DNA of 64,000 nt, taken from assembly GCA_965206695.1 (NCBI GenBank), contig CBDBKM010000013.1, forward strand, positions 64,001 through 128,000, given 5' to 3'. The DNA comes from Chlamydiales bacterium. GTDB taxonomy: Bacteria; Chlamydiota; Chlamydiia; Chlamydiales; JAAZZY01. Position 1 is the stretch's first letter. Each line of letters begins with the position of its first letter. Of the stretch, positions 21,356 through 32,037 are shown piece after piece. Made by a program: the position numbers and the translations under genes. A model generated the notes under the pieces. The model did no database searches. It was not told the origin of the DNA and saw only the letters and a list, made by a program, of their open reading frames with translations.

Positions 21356-22407
21356 CAGGAGTTTCGCGCTACAGAAGTGCGTTATTTAAATCAGGGTATT
21401 ATTTTTCTTTTTTTTTGGGAGGAGAAATGCTGTTACATAAATGCACAAAGGAATGATATAGCACCTTCATTCAAGCAAGTGGTTGAGATATTTCGGGCTT
21501 GCGATGTCAAAAATTTGCCGCGATCAATTGTCACATGACAGCATTAGCCGCCGGTTAAAGGATCAAAAATTTCAACCTAAAGAAATTTTTGAAACCGTAA
21601 AGCACTATGTCAATATGGAAGAGCCGCGTGTACTGATTGTGGATGATACCGGTCTTTCAAAAATGCATAGAAAAAAAATAAAGCTTGTAAATGACCAATA
21701 TTTCGGGAATGTACATGATGTTATAGCAGATATCGGTTGGACCAATCTTTTATGGTATGGGATACACTCGGCAACACGCATGTCTGTGGCTGATAGAATG
21801 TATGATAAGGATAGTAACGCTCATTGTTTAGAAAGGCTTAAACCGACTCACAATCGAGGCTTTAATCTCCAACTAGTTGTTATAGATGCATGGTATTCTA
21901 GTATAAAAAATTTAAAGCCTATCTAGAGATATAGGATTAAATTTTGTCACCGGTTTGTGTAAAAATAGAAAAGTTAATCGACATGTACATTCGGAAGATT
22001 TGGATATTCCGTATGACCAGGATTGAGAATTCACTTGCGCGGTTATGGTTTTATTACGGCTTTTAAGTTTCCGGTTAAAAATGGTCGTATTGATTAAGTG
22101 GTTATCAATATTGAAGAACCCGGTCGTAATAACGTTGAAAAAATCATGAAGATTCGTTGGAAAATAGACGTTTATCATAGGGAATTGAAACAAACTTGTG
22201 GCCTTGAGCGCCGGCAGTCTCGTAACGCACGAGCGCAACGAAGTCATATTTTTGTATCTATTGATGCCCGGTTACACCAAGTTTAAGCGAAGGAGGCGAG
22301 ATAAAATATCTTTTTATCAACAAGATCGGGAAATAATAAAACCCGCTATTACTTTCAATATGCAAAATATTTTGGCTATGTGTTAACGCTTACGCGCGAA
22401 ACTCTTG
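21356..22407 (+). mobile_element. IS701-family element, transposase pseudogene
   Basis: IRs CAGGAGTTTCGCGC/GCGCGAAACTCTTG; fragments LIVDDT, DAWYSS, RWKIDVYHRELKQ; extra left end at ~39165, right-end remnant ~46465-46530. Confidence 0.8.
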
Positions 22408-22409
22408 TT

Positions 22410-22687
22410 TAGATGATTAATCAACCTATCACGACAAGTCCGGTTAAGTTTGCCGAGTGATCCTCCATTTTCAGGACTCAGCTTTCTATCCACTTCATCA
22501 TCTAAAGTATGTTGACCGACGGCTTCATGGCTAATGAATCATGCTTCTCCTTTTGATAGCTCCAACCTTTATCATACGGTAAGACCGCTTTAATACGATC
22601 ACGAATACGGCCTTCTTTTTCGTATGTATGTTGTTCTACAAGCCTTTTTTGCTCTGTTTGATCTAAAAAGTGTTTCATGCTCGGCAT
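22410..22687 (-). pseudogene. IS630-family (second type) transposase N-terminal remnant
   Basis: RIRDRIKAVL.YDKGWSY...LSPENGGS. Confidence 0.65.
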
Positions 22688-23068
22688 AATGGAATAATTT
22701 AAAATATATTTTCAACCCTTCAAAAATTATGTGTATATCGAATTAGTAATAAACGAGTTATTGGTGAAATTTATAATTTAAACCGATATGTTTTCGCTTT
22801 CATAACTTTTTTTTCATTTTCATATAAATATTCAAAACATAGTTGCGATTTTTTAGATTATATTTATTTTTCTCTTATTTTTTTAAACATATGTCATTTA
22901 TTTTTCTCCGTAAAAACTTAATAAAATGACTTTTTTATTCGTTAAAAATATACACCATTATAAATATAATTAATTAGTAATTTCGGTAAATTAAAAACAA
23001 AAAAAATAACATCGAAATAGTTTTATTTATAAATAACTGTTTTGTGTCAATTAAAAAACTTGTGATAA

Positions 23069-23097
23069 TTGACAAGTTAACTAAAATAGGGTAGAAT
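23069..23097 (+). promoter_or_regulatory. Sigma70-type promoter
   Basis: TTGACA-17bp-TAGAAT. Confidence 0.65.
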
Positions 23098-23197
23098 TAT
23101 AAAATAGTCGAGAAAAAGGATAAATCTAAAACAAAATAGATTCAAAGAAATTGAAAGCAAGAATAAATAAGTATGATTAAGTATAGTAAATCCTATA

Positions 23198-23885
23198 ATG
23201 AGTAATATTTTAGATTTAGAGAGAGCACGGGGAAATCCGGAAGAGGTTGCTATATAAGTGATGAAGCATCTTCATCTAAGGTAACCGGTCTAGTATTAAA
23301 TAGACTTATTGCGATTTAAATTTTCAGTGGTTTCTGATAAGTTGTTTCAGAACAATATAGGCGGTAAACAGATGATTAAAGAACTGTTAAAACAAGCTAA
23401 ACTGATACAACTTTTATTGCGCAACAAGCCTACTGAAGAAACAGACACATTCATACAAAAGCTTTTTCAAAATTTAACTGCCATGAAGCTTATAAAAGAT
23501 CCTGAACCTGTAGCTAGAGAAAAAAAAATTCCGGAAAATGCATTTGCTGAACGAACAATAGGGAGCAAGCTTTCTACTAAAGAAACTTTAGCATTTAAAC
23601 AAGAAATTAAAACTTGGTTATCCACTCAGGGTCAAATAGAAGAAACTATTTTAGGTTATCTAAACAATTTAACTTATTGGTTGGCACGAAGAGATAAGAG
23701 ATTCTTTAGAAAAAATTAAAGAGCTGCAGCAAGAAGAACAAGTTAAAGGACAAGAACTCATATATACAAGGCAACTTCTAAAACAAACTAAAGAAAAAAT
23801 TGATATACATACAAACGTAAAACGTTTAGAGGATAACAACCCTTTAAAACGTAAAAGTCCTTGTTACGAATCAAGCACTCCGGAT
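23198..23885 (+). pseudogene. Fragmented hypothetical protein gene
   Basis: ATG 23198 with early stop; ORF 23309-23719; coding-like continuation to the IS605 end remnant. Confidence 0.45.
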
Positions 23886-23888
23886 CTT

Positions 23889-23962
23889 TTGACGGCTCCC
23901 AACCCACGCTCCCCGGATCTGATATGATCTCCAAAGGCTTAACTTACCGACTGCCCAACGGT
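23889..23962 (-). repeat. Degenerate IS605 right end/omegaRNA remnant
   Basis: TTGACGGCTCCCAACCC and ATGATCTCCAAAGGCTTAACTTACCGACT match 508-620. Confidence 0.75.
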
Positions 23963-24299
23963 AGATCTAAAAGATAGGAATGGTATACAAAATATGAGAA
24001 TTAACACGAATACGAAACGCGACTTTTTAAAACTTCTGCGGACGCAACCAAGATGGGGGGGGGGGTCAACTGCATCTATGCAGTTTCCAATGTGTACATG
24101 AACCGGTGAGTAAAGCAAGAGTATATTTACATCCAAAGCATCCGCGTTTATTACAAACGATGCCTTTGTTAGGCGATTACTTCATTGGAAGATATTGATT
24201 GAGTATGATAAATTTTGGAGGTAGGCGAAAAAATAATTAGATTTACTCCCCCTCGGTAAACCTAGTAATCATTTCGTCTACTACTCCTTTTTTAAAAAA

Positions 24300-24547
24300 C
24301 TAGTAGATATATAAAAATTTTAAAAGGAAGGGTTTCCTCCCCATTTTATTATGGTAATATAAGGTTGAATGAGACTCTCAAATGCCTTCCAATCAATAAC
24401 CTTATTCATTTCATTCAAAAACTTTTCCGATCTCAGTGTTTTTTTACGTAGAGAAAAAGATAGAATATTTAATATAGACATGATTAGACTCCTTTAAAAA
24501 AAGATTTTAATCTATCAAGCTATTTTTAAGCACTTATTCAGAGGGTC
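24300..24547 (-). mobile_element. IS5-family (IS5 subgroup) left end + transposase N-terminal remnant; further copies 31693-31888 and ~39345-39537
   Basis: Minus-strand translation KKTLRSEKFLNEMNKVIDWKAFESLIQPY; IR GACCCTCTGAATAAGT; three homologous copies. Confidence 0.75.
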
Positions 24548-24669
24548 ATAAGCTTATACAACTTTTATTGCGCAACAAGTCTACTGAAATAACACTAGTG
24601 AACAAAAACAAAACTCTCGTATAATTAAAGAAAATTAATGAACTTAAATTTTAACAAAACTGATATTTT

Positions 24670-25308
24670 ATGCGAGAACTTCAAAATCTTTTTAACACCA
24701 ATAAAGCTTGGGCAGAAAACAAGATAAAAAATGATCCTGAAACGTTTCGTAAACTATCAGAAAAACAGAACCCAAAATATCTTTGGATAGGTTGCTCTGA
24801 TAGCCGTATTCCGGCCAATGAAATCTTGGGATTAGAGCCGGGTGAAGTCTTTGTTCATCGAAATGTTGGCAATCTGGTTCCCCATACTGATTTTAATTGT
24901 CTTTCTGTTCTTCAATATGGAATCGACTGCCTAAATATTGAACATATCATTATATGCGGCCACTACCGTTGTGGTGGAGTTGCAGCTGCCATGGGAAATG
25001 CACAATTTGGGCTTGTTGATAACTGGCTTCGCAATATAAGAGATGTTTATTCCTTAACAAAAGAAGAACTGGATTGCATTTCTGATCCTTTGCTTAAATG
25101 CAACCGCTTAGTAGAATTAAATGTTTTATACCAAGTAATGAATGTCTGTTACACTACTATTATTCAAAATGCTTGGGCAAACAATAAAAAGCTCTGCATT
25201 CATGGATGGGTCTATGATGTCTCTACAGGTCTATTAAAAGATTTAAATTGCTGTATATCTTCAATAGATCAAATTGATGAAACGTACCGCACCCTGAAAC
25301 TACACTAA
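24670..25308 (+). CDS. can: Beta-class carbonic anhydrase
   Basis: IGCSDSR, VHRNVGN, CGHYRCGG. Confidence 0.96.
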   Translation: MRELQNLFNTNKAWAENKIKNDPETFRKLSEKQNPKYLWIGCSDSRIPANEILGLEPGEVFVHRNVGNLVPHTDFNCLSVLQYGIDCLNIEHIIICGHYRCGGVAAAMGNAQFGLVDNWLRNIRDVYSLTKEELDCISDPLLKCNRLVELNVLYQVMNVCYTTIIQNAWANNKKLCIHGWVYDVSTGLLKDLNCCISSIDQIDETYRTLKLH

Positions 25309-25521
25309 ACTTGTTACGATTTAAATTTTTTAATGCAAAAAGACCTTTTGTTTTTGTAGCATATTTTTGACAAAAAAAATAAACAGAAACAAAAGGTCTA
25401 AAATGAAAGATTGAACTGCTCTATATTGCTCTATCGATGATTGTTGGAAAGTTTTCAAAAAAGACCGGATGAAACACCTTATTGAAAATAAACACAATAG
25501 ACGAGGACCGGTACCTTTATT
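25309..25521 (+). pseudogene. IS982-family transposase 5' remnant
   Basis: MKD*TALYCSIDDCWKVFKKDRMKHLI resembles IS982 N-termini. Confidence 0.55.
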
Positions 25522-25522
25522 G

Positions 25523-25996
25523 CAAGAGAATTTATCTCGATGAAACCGGGATTCATCAATTTTTATTTCGTGAGTCCGGAAGAAGCTTACGCGGCAAAAG
25601 AGTTTTTGGAGCGGTTTCAGGAAACCGCTTTATAAGGCAAAATATTATTTCAGCCCTATCTAAAGGGCAGTTTTTATCTCCAATGTGTTTTGAAGGTACT
25701 TGTAATACCGGGTTATTCAATATTTGGCTTAAGGAAGTTTTGACTCCTCAGCTTACACCCGGTAGTGTTCTTATTCTTGACAATGCCGGTTTTCACAAGT
25801 CAGCGGAAAGCAGGAAAACAGTAGAATCTGCCGGTTGTAAGCTTATGTTTCTTCCTCCCTATTCTCCGGACTTAAATCCTATAGAAAAATATTGGGCTAA
25901 TATGAAAAATAAAGTTAGAGAGATATTACGAAAAGTTACGAATTTTAAATTCGCCATTGATCAAGCAATCTTATCAATATAAAATTAAATGACTAT
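25523..25996 (+). mobile_element. IS630 copy 2, 3' half only
   Basis: Near-identical to orfB and right IR of the other copies. Confidence 0.92.
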
Positions 25997-26088
25997 AATC
26001 TACTTACTGTTTATATGGCCTGCAAATCGCTTAATATTAATTATTTAAAATATTTATAAACTTTTCTATATAAAAAATGAAGATTACT

Positions 26089-26168
26089 AACTCACCTTAC
26101 GCACACACTCTCGTAAAGAGCGTTTGATTCTGTAGCCTGCTTAGTAGAAGGTGTGCGTAAGGTAAATT
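26089..26168. mobile_element. MITE with IS701-type ends (~80 bp); second copy 54262-54342
   Basis: IR AACTCACCTTACGCA...TGCGTAAGGT(G/A)A; same end closes the IS701 remnant at ~52855-52871. Confidence 0.75.
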
Positions 26169-26172
26169 ACTA

Positions 26173-26243
26173 ATATGGGTAAGAAATGCGTTTTTGTACC
26201 CATATAAATAAGTATATGGGTAAGAAATAGATTTTTGTACCCA
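26173..26243. repeat. Two tandem ~30-bp palindromic units
   Basis: ATGGGTAAGAAAT-N3-TTTTTGTACCCA twice, 41-bp period. Confidence 0.8.
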
Positions 26244-26245
26244 CG

Positions 26246-27334
26246 TTAAGAGTTTTCTTGAACATTTACATTTAATAAAAAATTGAGAAGAGCTTCATTT
26301 ATATAATAGTTATCTTTTCCCAATTTCTGTTTAGAAATCGCTTTAACACGAACAAGTTCGTTTAGATATTTCGAAGCTGTTTTTCTAGTCACCTGCAACT
26401 CTTGAACAATGAAGTCAATTTTAGTATAGGGATGACGAAATAAGCTATTCAGCAAATCTTGACTATAAATTTTAGGTAGTTCCTGACGTATTTTATTTTT
26501 ATGGGATAGCATTAGATTTTTAATGCCTTTGACTAAATAAATTGTCTGCAAAGATGTCTTTATGATTGCTTCTAGTATAAATAGCACCCACTCCCCCCAA
26601 ATACTCGTATCTCTAACAGACTGTAATAACCGATAGTAATCGGCTTTATTCTGATTAATAAATCGAGAAAGGTATAGTACGGGGGTGTTTAATAATCCGG
26701 ATTTCACTAAATAAAGAATATTGATAATACGTCCGGTTCGACCATTTCCATCATAAAATGGGTGTATACTCTCAAATTGATGGTGGATAATTGACATTTT
26801 AATAAGAGGGTCAACATCACTCATTTGTTCATCATTAATATATTTTTCCAGATTACACATTAACCGGATAATCTGTTTAGTATCCTGTGGAGGAGAGTAA
26901 ACAACTTGGCCTGTCTGTTCATTTTTTAATTCTGTTCCCGAAAGTTTGCGAAAACCTGCCTTATTATCAACGATTGAATGTTGTATTTGTAAAATATCAT
27001 TATTGGTCAGTAAATTATTTTTACGGACCTTCTCATAACCCTTTCGAAGAGCCGCTGCATAATTATAAACTTCTTTAGCTGCAGGCGTAACAAATTGTTT
27101 AGTGAAGCTATCGCTTTTGTAAAGGTCATCATGAGTCGTAAGTATATTTTCTATTGCAGAACTATCCTTAGCTTCTTGCAAAGACAGTGTATCAATAAGA
27201 ATACCTTGGTTTGGCATTATTTCTGTTACACCCTTTAATTCTGCAAGGGCTCGATGTGCCTCTGTTAGCTTTTTAAGAATAGGTTTTGTTTCTAAATCAA
27301 TAGAAAGTGGTAATAATGGTACTTTGTATAACAT
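26246..27334 (-). CDS. Fic-family protein (Fic_N + Fic + C-terminal HTH)
   Basis: SSAIEN, HPFYDGNGRTGR. Confidence 0.93.
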   Translation of the reverse strand: MLYKVPLLPLSIDLETKPILKKLTEAHRALAELKGVTEIMPNQGILIDTLSLQEAKDSSAIENILTTHDDLYKSDSFTKQFVTPAAKEVYNYAAALRKGYEKVRKNNLLTNNDILQIQHSIVDNKAGFRKLSGTELKNEQTGQVVYSPPQDTKQIIRLMCNLEKYINDEQMSDVDPLIKMSIIHHQFESIHPFYDGNGRTGRIINILYLVKSGLLNTPVLYLSRFINQNKADYYRLLQSVRDTSIWGEWVLFILEAIIKTSLQTIYLVKGIKNLMLSHKNKIRQELPKIYSQDLLNSLFRHPYTKIDFIVQELQVTRKTASKYLNELVRVKAISKQKLGKDNYYINEALLNFLLNVNVQENS

Positions 27335-27676
27335 AGCGTTTATTTCATCGATAAATAGAACAAGTATTCTAACATCTTTGTGTTGAATAAGTCCACTTAA
27401 GTAATTGATAATCTGTACTAAATTTTTAATTAATCAACGACTGACGATACCTTTGAAACACAGCCCCGATTTGTAAATCATCAAAGATTGAATAAGTTAG
27501 TTCAAACTTTTAAAATACTACAACAGTTTAAATAAAATTAATATTAACACCAACCATTTTCTTTAACTTACATAAAAAATCCAATAAGATAGAATGCTAT
27601 TACTGTTTTTTAAATATTTTAATTAACTAACGTATTTTAAAGATTATCAACACTAGAATGCTGTTAAGGAAAACGC

Positions 27677-28514
27677 ATGAATGATAAAAATCGATTAGAA
27701 CTTCGATGGAATGGAAAAGACCTCCGGGAATCCCTTGAACCACGAATTCTTATTAATAAAAAACCGTTTGGAGCCCCATCGCAGGCAAGCAAGAACTTAT
27801 TACTACATGCCGATAATCTTCTAGGCCTAAAATCTATCGAGCATAAATATGTCAACAAGATCAAGTGCATCTATATAGACCCTCCCTACAATACTAAAAG
27901 CCTATTTCCTCATTATAATGACTCTATGGAACATTCTCTTTGGTTAAATATGATGAAAGAAAGGCTCATTATTCTTCATAGGCTTTTACGAGCAGACAGT
28001 TCTATCTGGATAAGCATTGATGATAGTGAATGTCATTATTTAAAGGTGATGTGTGATGAGATCTTTGGAAGAGAGAATTTTGTTGAATCCATCGTTTGGG
28101 AAAGAGCTTATGCACCCATTAATCTAAAGAAAACGCTTTCCAAAAATCATGATTATATTCTTGTATATGCCAAAAATATACAAAATCTAATATTAAATAA
28201 GTTACCCCGCACGGAAAACTCTAATGATCGATATAAAAATCCTGATAATGACTGTCGTGGCGTTTGGGACTCTGATAATCTTTCCGTTGGCCCTATTAGT
28301 TTACCCAATCACTACGCCTTCCGGTAGAAAAGTATTACCTCCTGCCGGTCGTTGTTGGGTTCTTTCTGAAGCTCGATTTCAAGAATATTTAGATGATGAT
28401 CGCATCGGGTTTGGTAAAAGCGGAAATAATGTACCACGTATTAAAAGGTTCCTATCTGAAGTAAAAAATGGCATTACTGCAATGACAATATGGAAGTATA
28501 GTGATGTAGGACAT
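27677..28514 (+). pseudogene. Type III-like DNA adenine methyltransferase (Mod), frameshifted and truncated by IS30
   Basis: IYIDPPYNT, ISIDDSE, DEIFGRENF; frameshift ~28295; ends at IS30 IR. Confidence 0.85.
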
Positions 28515-30568
28515 GTCTTTTCAACTATGAAGTGCAACAAACTTGTACTCTATTATAGCACAAATTCTTCGGATTGAAAACCTCTATAGGTGTTTTAAAA
28601 TTCAAACTTTTTCCGGGTCTTTCATTAAGCAGTTTTTCTATCTCTTTTACATCCTCTTGTGTTACATTATTAAAGTTTGTTTTCTTAGGCAAATACTGTC
28701 TAACTATAGTATTTTAATTTTTATTTGATAATATGTTATCCTTCTTTTTTTATACAAACAATAAGGACAAAACAATGCCTAGAGCCTATTCAGTAGATCT
28801 TCGAGAGAAAGTATGACAACATATAGAAAAACATCATGATAAAAAAACAGCCGGCCATATTTTTCAAGTAGGTATCGCAACAATATATCGATGGATCTTG
28901 CAAAAAAAGCAAAAAGGACATTTAAAGCCAATCCGCAGAAAATATGCTTATAAGAAATTAGATGATGAGTTGTTATCTAAATATGTAGAAAAACATCCGG
29001 ATTATTTTTTATCGGAAATTGCTGATTATTTTTCAGTCACTCCGCAAACGATTTTTTATGCCCTTAAAAGATTAAAAATTACACGAAAAAAAAAAACTAC
29101 TCGCTATAAGGAAAGAGATGAAAAGAAACGGGAAGCTTTTATGAAAGATTTAAAAAATATTCCCTTTGACAAGAGAATTTATCTCGATGAAACCGGGATT
29201 CATCAATTTTTATTTCGTGAGTCCGGAAGAAGCTTACGCGGCAAAAAGAGTTTTTGGAGCGGTTTCAGGAAACCGCTTTATAAGGCAAAATATTATTTCA
29301 GCCCTATCTAAAGGGCAGTTTTTATCTCCAATGTGTTTTGAAGGTACTTGTAATACCGGGTTATTCAATATTTGGCTTAAGGAAGTTTTGACTCCTCAGC
29401 TTACACCCGGTAGTGTTCTTATTCTTGACAATGCCGGTTTTCACAAATCAGCGGAAAGCAGGAAAACAGTAGAATCTGCCGGTTGTAAGCTTATGTTTCT
29501 TCCTCCATATTCTCCGGACTTAAATCCTATAGAAAAATATTGGGCTAATATGAAAAATAAAGTTAGAGAGATATTACGAAAAGTTACGAATTTTAAATTC
29601 GCCATTGATCAAGCAATCTTATCAATGTAAAATTAAATGACTATAACCCATTCGTATGTTCATTCAACCCTCTTTCCCGGGAATGATAGGGTTTAGCAAA
29701 ATAAAACTCTGCTTTGAGTGTTGAACTTACTTCTTGATGCCGAGAAAACTCTAAACCATTATCTGCTGTTAATGTGTGAACTCTATCCTTAACAGGCTTT
29801 AAACAGGTAATTAAAGCATCGGCAACACCGAGGGCTTGTTTAGACTTTACCTTCATAAGCATCGTATATTTAGAAGCACGATCAACAATAGAAACAATCA
29901 CTCCTTGATGATTTTTGCCTATTATCGTATCTAATTCAAAATCTCCTATTCTTGTTTTTTCATCGACAATACAAGGTCTTTTATCAATATCGAATCTATT
30001 GGGAATACAGCCTCGGCCTGCTTTATCTGCACCTCGCTTTTTATACTTCTTACCTTTGTGTCTTAAATTTTTATATAAATTGCCCCAATTTCGTTTATCT
30101 TTCCAAATATGACGATAAATACTTTCGTGGCTGATAAGCAGGCCTTCTTCTTCTTTCAATCGACCGAATATTTGAACAGGACTCCATTGAAGCAGTAATT
30201 TACTTTCTATCTTCATAAGTAGTTCAGGGGTCATTTTCTTTGTTTTACTGCTCGCTTTTGAACGCCTTCTTTTAGTTTTGATTTGTGCTGCAAAATAGAT
30301 ATATCTGCCTTCATAGCTATTTCTTTTTAACTCTCGATAAACAGTAGTTTTATTAACATTTAATTCCTGCGAAATAGAATCAACAGAATCTCCTCTTTTT
30401 TTTAAAGTACATATTTGGCACCTTTGTTCGTAGGTTAAATGCCGGTAGCCTTTAGGCATAAAAAATCCCTCCATAGTTTTTTTTTGCAAAAATTTACTAT
30501 AGAGATTTTGCCGGCATTTGGCCATTTTCAAATTCTTCCTATTTGTTGCACTTCAATGTTGAAAGGGC
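28515..30568 (-). mobile_element. IS30-family element interrupted by IS630 copy 3 (transposase 28525-30459)
   Basis: IRs G(T/C)C(T/C)TTTCAAC...GAAGTGCAACA; removing the IS630 restores NEHTNGL-VRQYLPK; FELDT and ADNGLEF motifs. Confidence 0.9.
28707..29643 (+). mobile_element. IS630 copy 3 (TGA in orfA, A11 tract, extra frameshift)
   Basis: IRs and TA duplication; near-identical to copies 1 and 5. Confidence 0.95.
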
Positions 30569-30798
30569 GCAACTATTAAATAGTATATAAAAAATAATTA
30601 TTAATTCTTTTATAATACCTTAACAATCGAGAAATATGATTAAAACAAATTAAAATAGAGAAGTATTGGTAAAATGTTATTTGAAATAATCCTTGCTATG
30701 ATTCATTACCTGAAAATAAAACTTGGTTTATAATCTTTTTAATTATTACCGGTTATTCTATGATTACCTTCCATTAAAACAGATTTTTAAAAATTAAA

Positions 30799-31578
30799 AT
30801 GCGACAACAGACAAAACAAACCACATCATGGCAAAATATTAATCAATGGTATGATCAAATCGTTGGAAACGATGGTATGTACTACCACCGCCAAATCATC
30901 ATTCCAAAGATTAAACAACTTTTAAAAGCGAGTAGTAGGCCTATTGAAAGAATTTTAGATCTCGCTTGTGGCCAAGGCGTATTAGCTCGTGCAATAGCAG
31001 AAAAACATCCTTACGTTGGTTTGGATTTATCTAACTCTCTTATAAAATCGGCTAAAAAGTACGCCTCAAAACCTAATCATCACTTCCATGTAGCGGACAT
31101 AACCAAACCCTTCTCTATTAAGGATAAAAATTTTTCACATAGCTTCATTATTTTAGCTTTGCAAAATATTGAGGATCCTAAAGCTTGTTTCTCTGAGATT
31201 CATAAGTGTTTAATTAAAAGGGGAACTTGTATCATCGTATTAAATCATCCTTGTTTTAGAATTCCCAGACAATCACATTGGGGTTACGATGAAAAGAAGC
31301 ACCTTCAATACAGGAAAATCGATCTATACAATACGCCTGTTTCTATTCCCATTCAAATGAATCCGGGAATGGGTAATCAATCTAACCAAACGATTTCCTT
31401 CCATCGCCCTTTATCTCAATACATACAATGGCTATCGGATACCGGTTTTGTCATTGAAGACATGCAAGAATGGTTTTCTGATAAACATAGTATTGGGAAA
31501 AATGCCAAACAAGAAAATAGAGCGAGAAAAGAATTCCCTCTTTTTATGACTTTAGTTGCGAGGAAATTTAAGTTTTAA
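30799..31578 (+). CDS. Class I SAM-dependent methyltransferase
   Basis: ILDLACGQG, NHPCFRIPRQSHW, FHRPLS. Confidence 0.9.
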   Translation: MRQQTKQTTSWQNINQWYDQIVGNDGMYYHRQIIIPKIKQLLKASSRPIERILDLACGQGVLARAIAEKHPYVGLDLSNSLIKSAKKYASKPNHHFHVADITKPFSIKDKNFSHSFIILALQNIEDPKACFSEIHKCLIKRGTCIIVLNHPCFRIPRQSHWGYDEKKHLQYRKIDLYNTPVSIPIQMNPGMGNQSNQTISFHRPLSQYIQWLSDTGFVIEDMQEWFSDKHSIGKNAKQENRARKEFPLFMTLVARKFKF

Positions 31579-31589
31579 AGACAATGCCG

Positions 31590-31660
31590 AATAAGGGCCT
31601 CATCAATGTCAAAGATAACTAAAGTTTCTGTATCTGCACGCTGTAATGTCTGTTCAATAA
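31590..31660 (-). pseudogene. DUF2608/HAD-like gene fragment
   Basis: IEQTLQRADTETLVIFDIDEAL resembles NTLIIFDIDNTL of 49767-50498. Confidence 0.45.
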
Positions 31661-32037
31661 GAATGATCACAACAAATTTTAAAAAGAATGGTCTCCTCCC
31701 CATATTATTATGGTAATAATAAGGCTAAATCAGGCCCTGAAATGCCTTCCAAGCAATAACCTTTCTAATCTCAGTGTTTTTTTACGTATAGAAAAAGATA
31801 GAAAACTTACTAGATACGGTTAAATTTCTTTTTAAAAAAAAGAGTTTAAGCTATTCAAGCTATTTTTAAGCACTTATTCAGATGATCCTATCCCTTATCG
31901 CTCGATTATTACAAAAGAATTATCGCAATCGAATATAAATTCATTGTTAAGGCCAAGTGTGAGTGAATTATCACTTTACATAGGATAGCAAATTTAATAA
32001 GGTTGGCTATTATTGAACTTTAACCCAATTGTAGATC

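Noticed and set aside
26173..26243. CRISPR array
   Set aside because: Only two units, ~11-bp spacer, no cas genes.
27677..28514. Mod pseudogene as the cause of the CCGG bias
   Set aside because: DPPY amino-methyltransferase, not a C5 enzyme, and inactivated.
31890..32037. Lysine riboswitch upstream of lysC
   Set aside because: No AGAGGNGC start motif, long paired stems or terminator visible.
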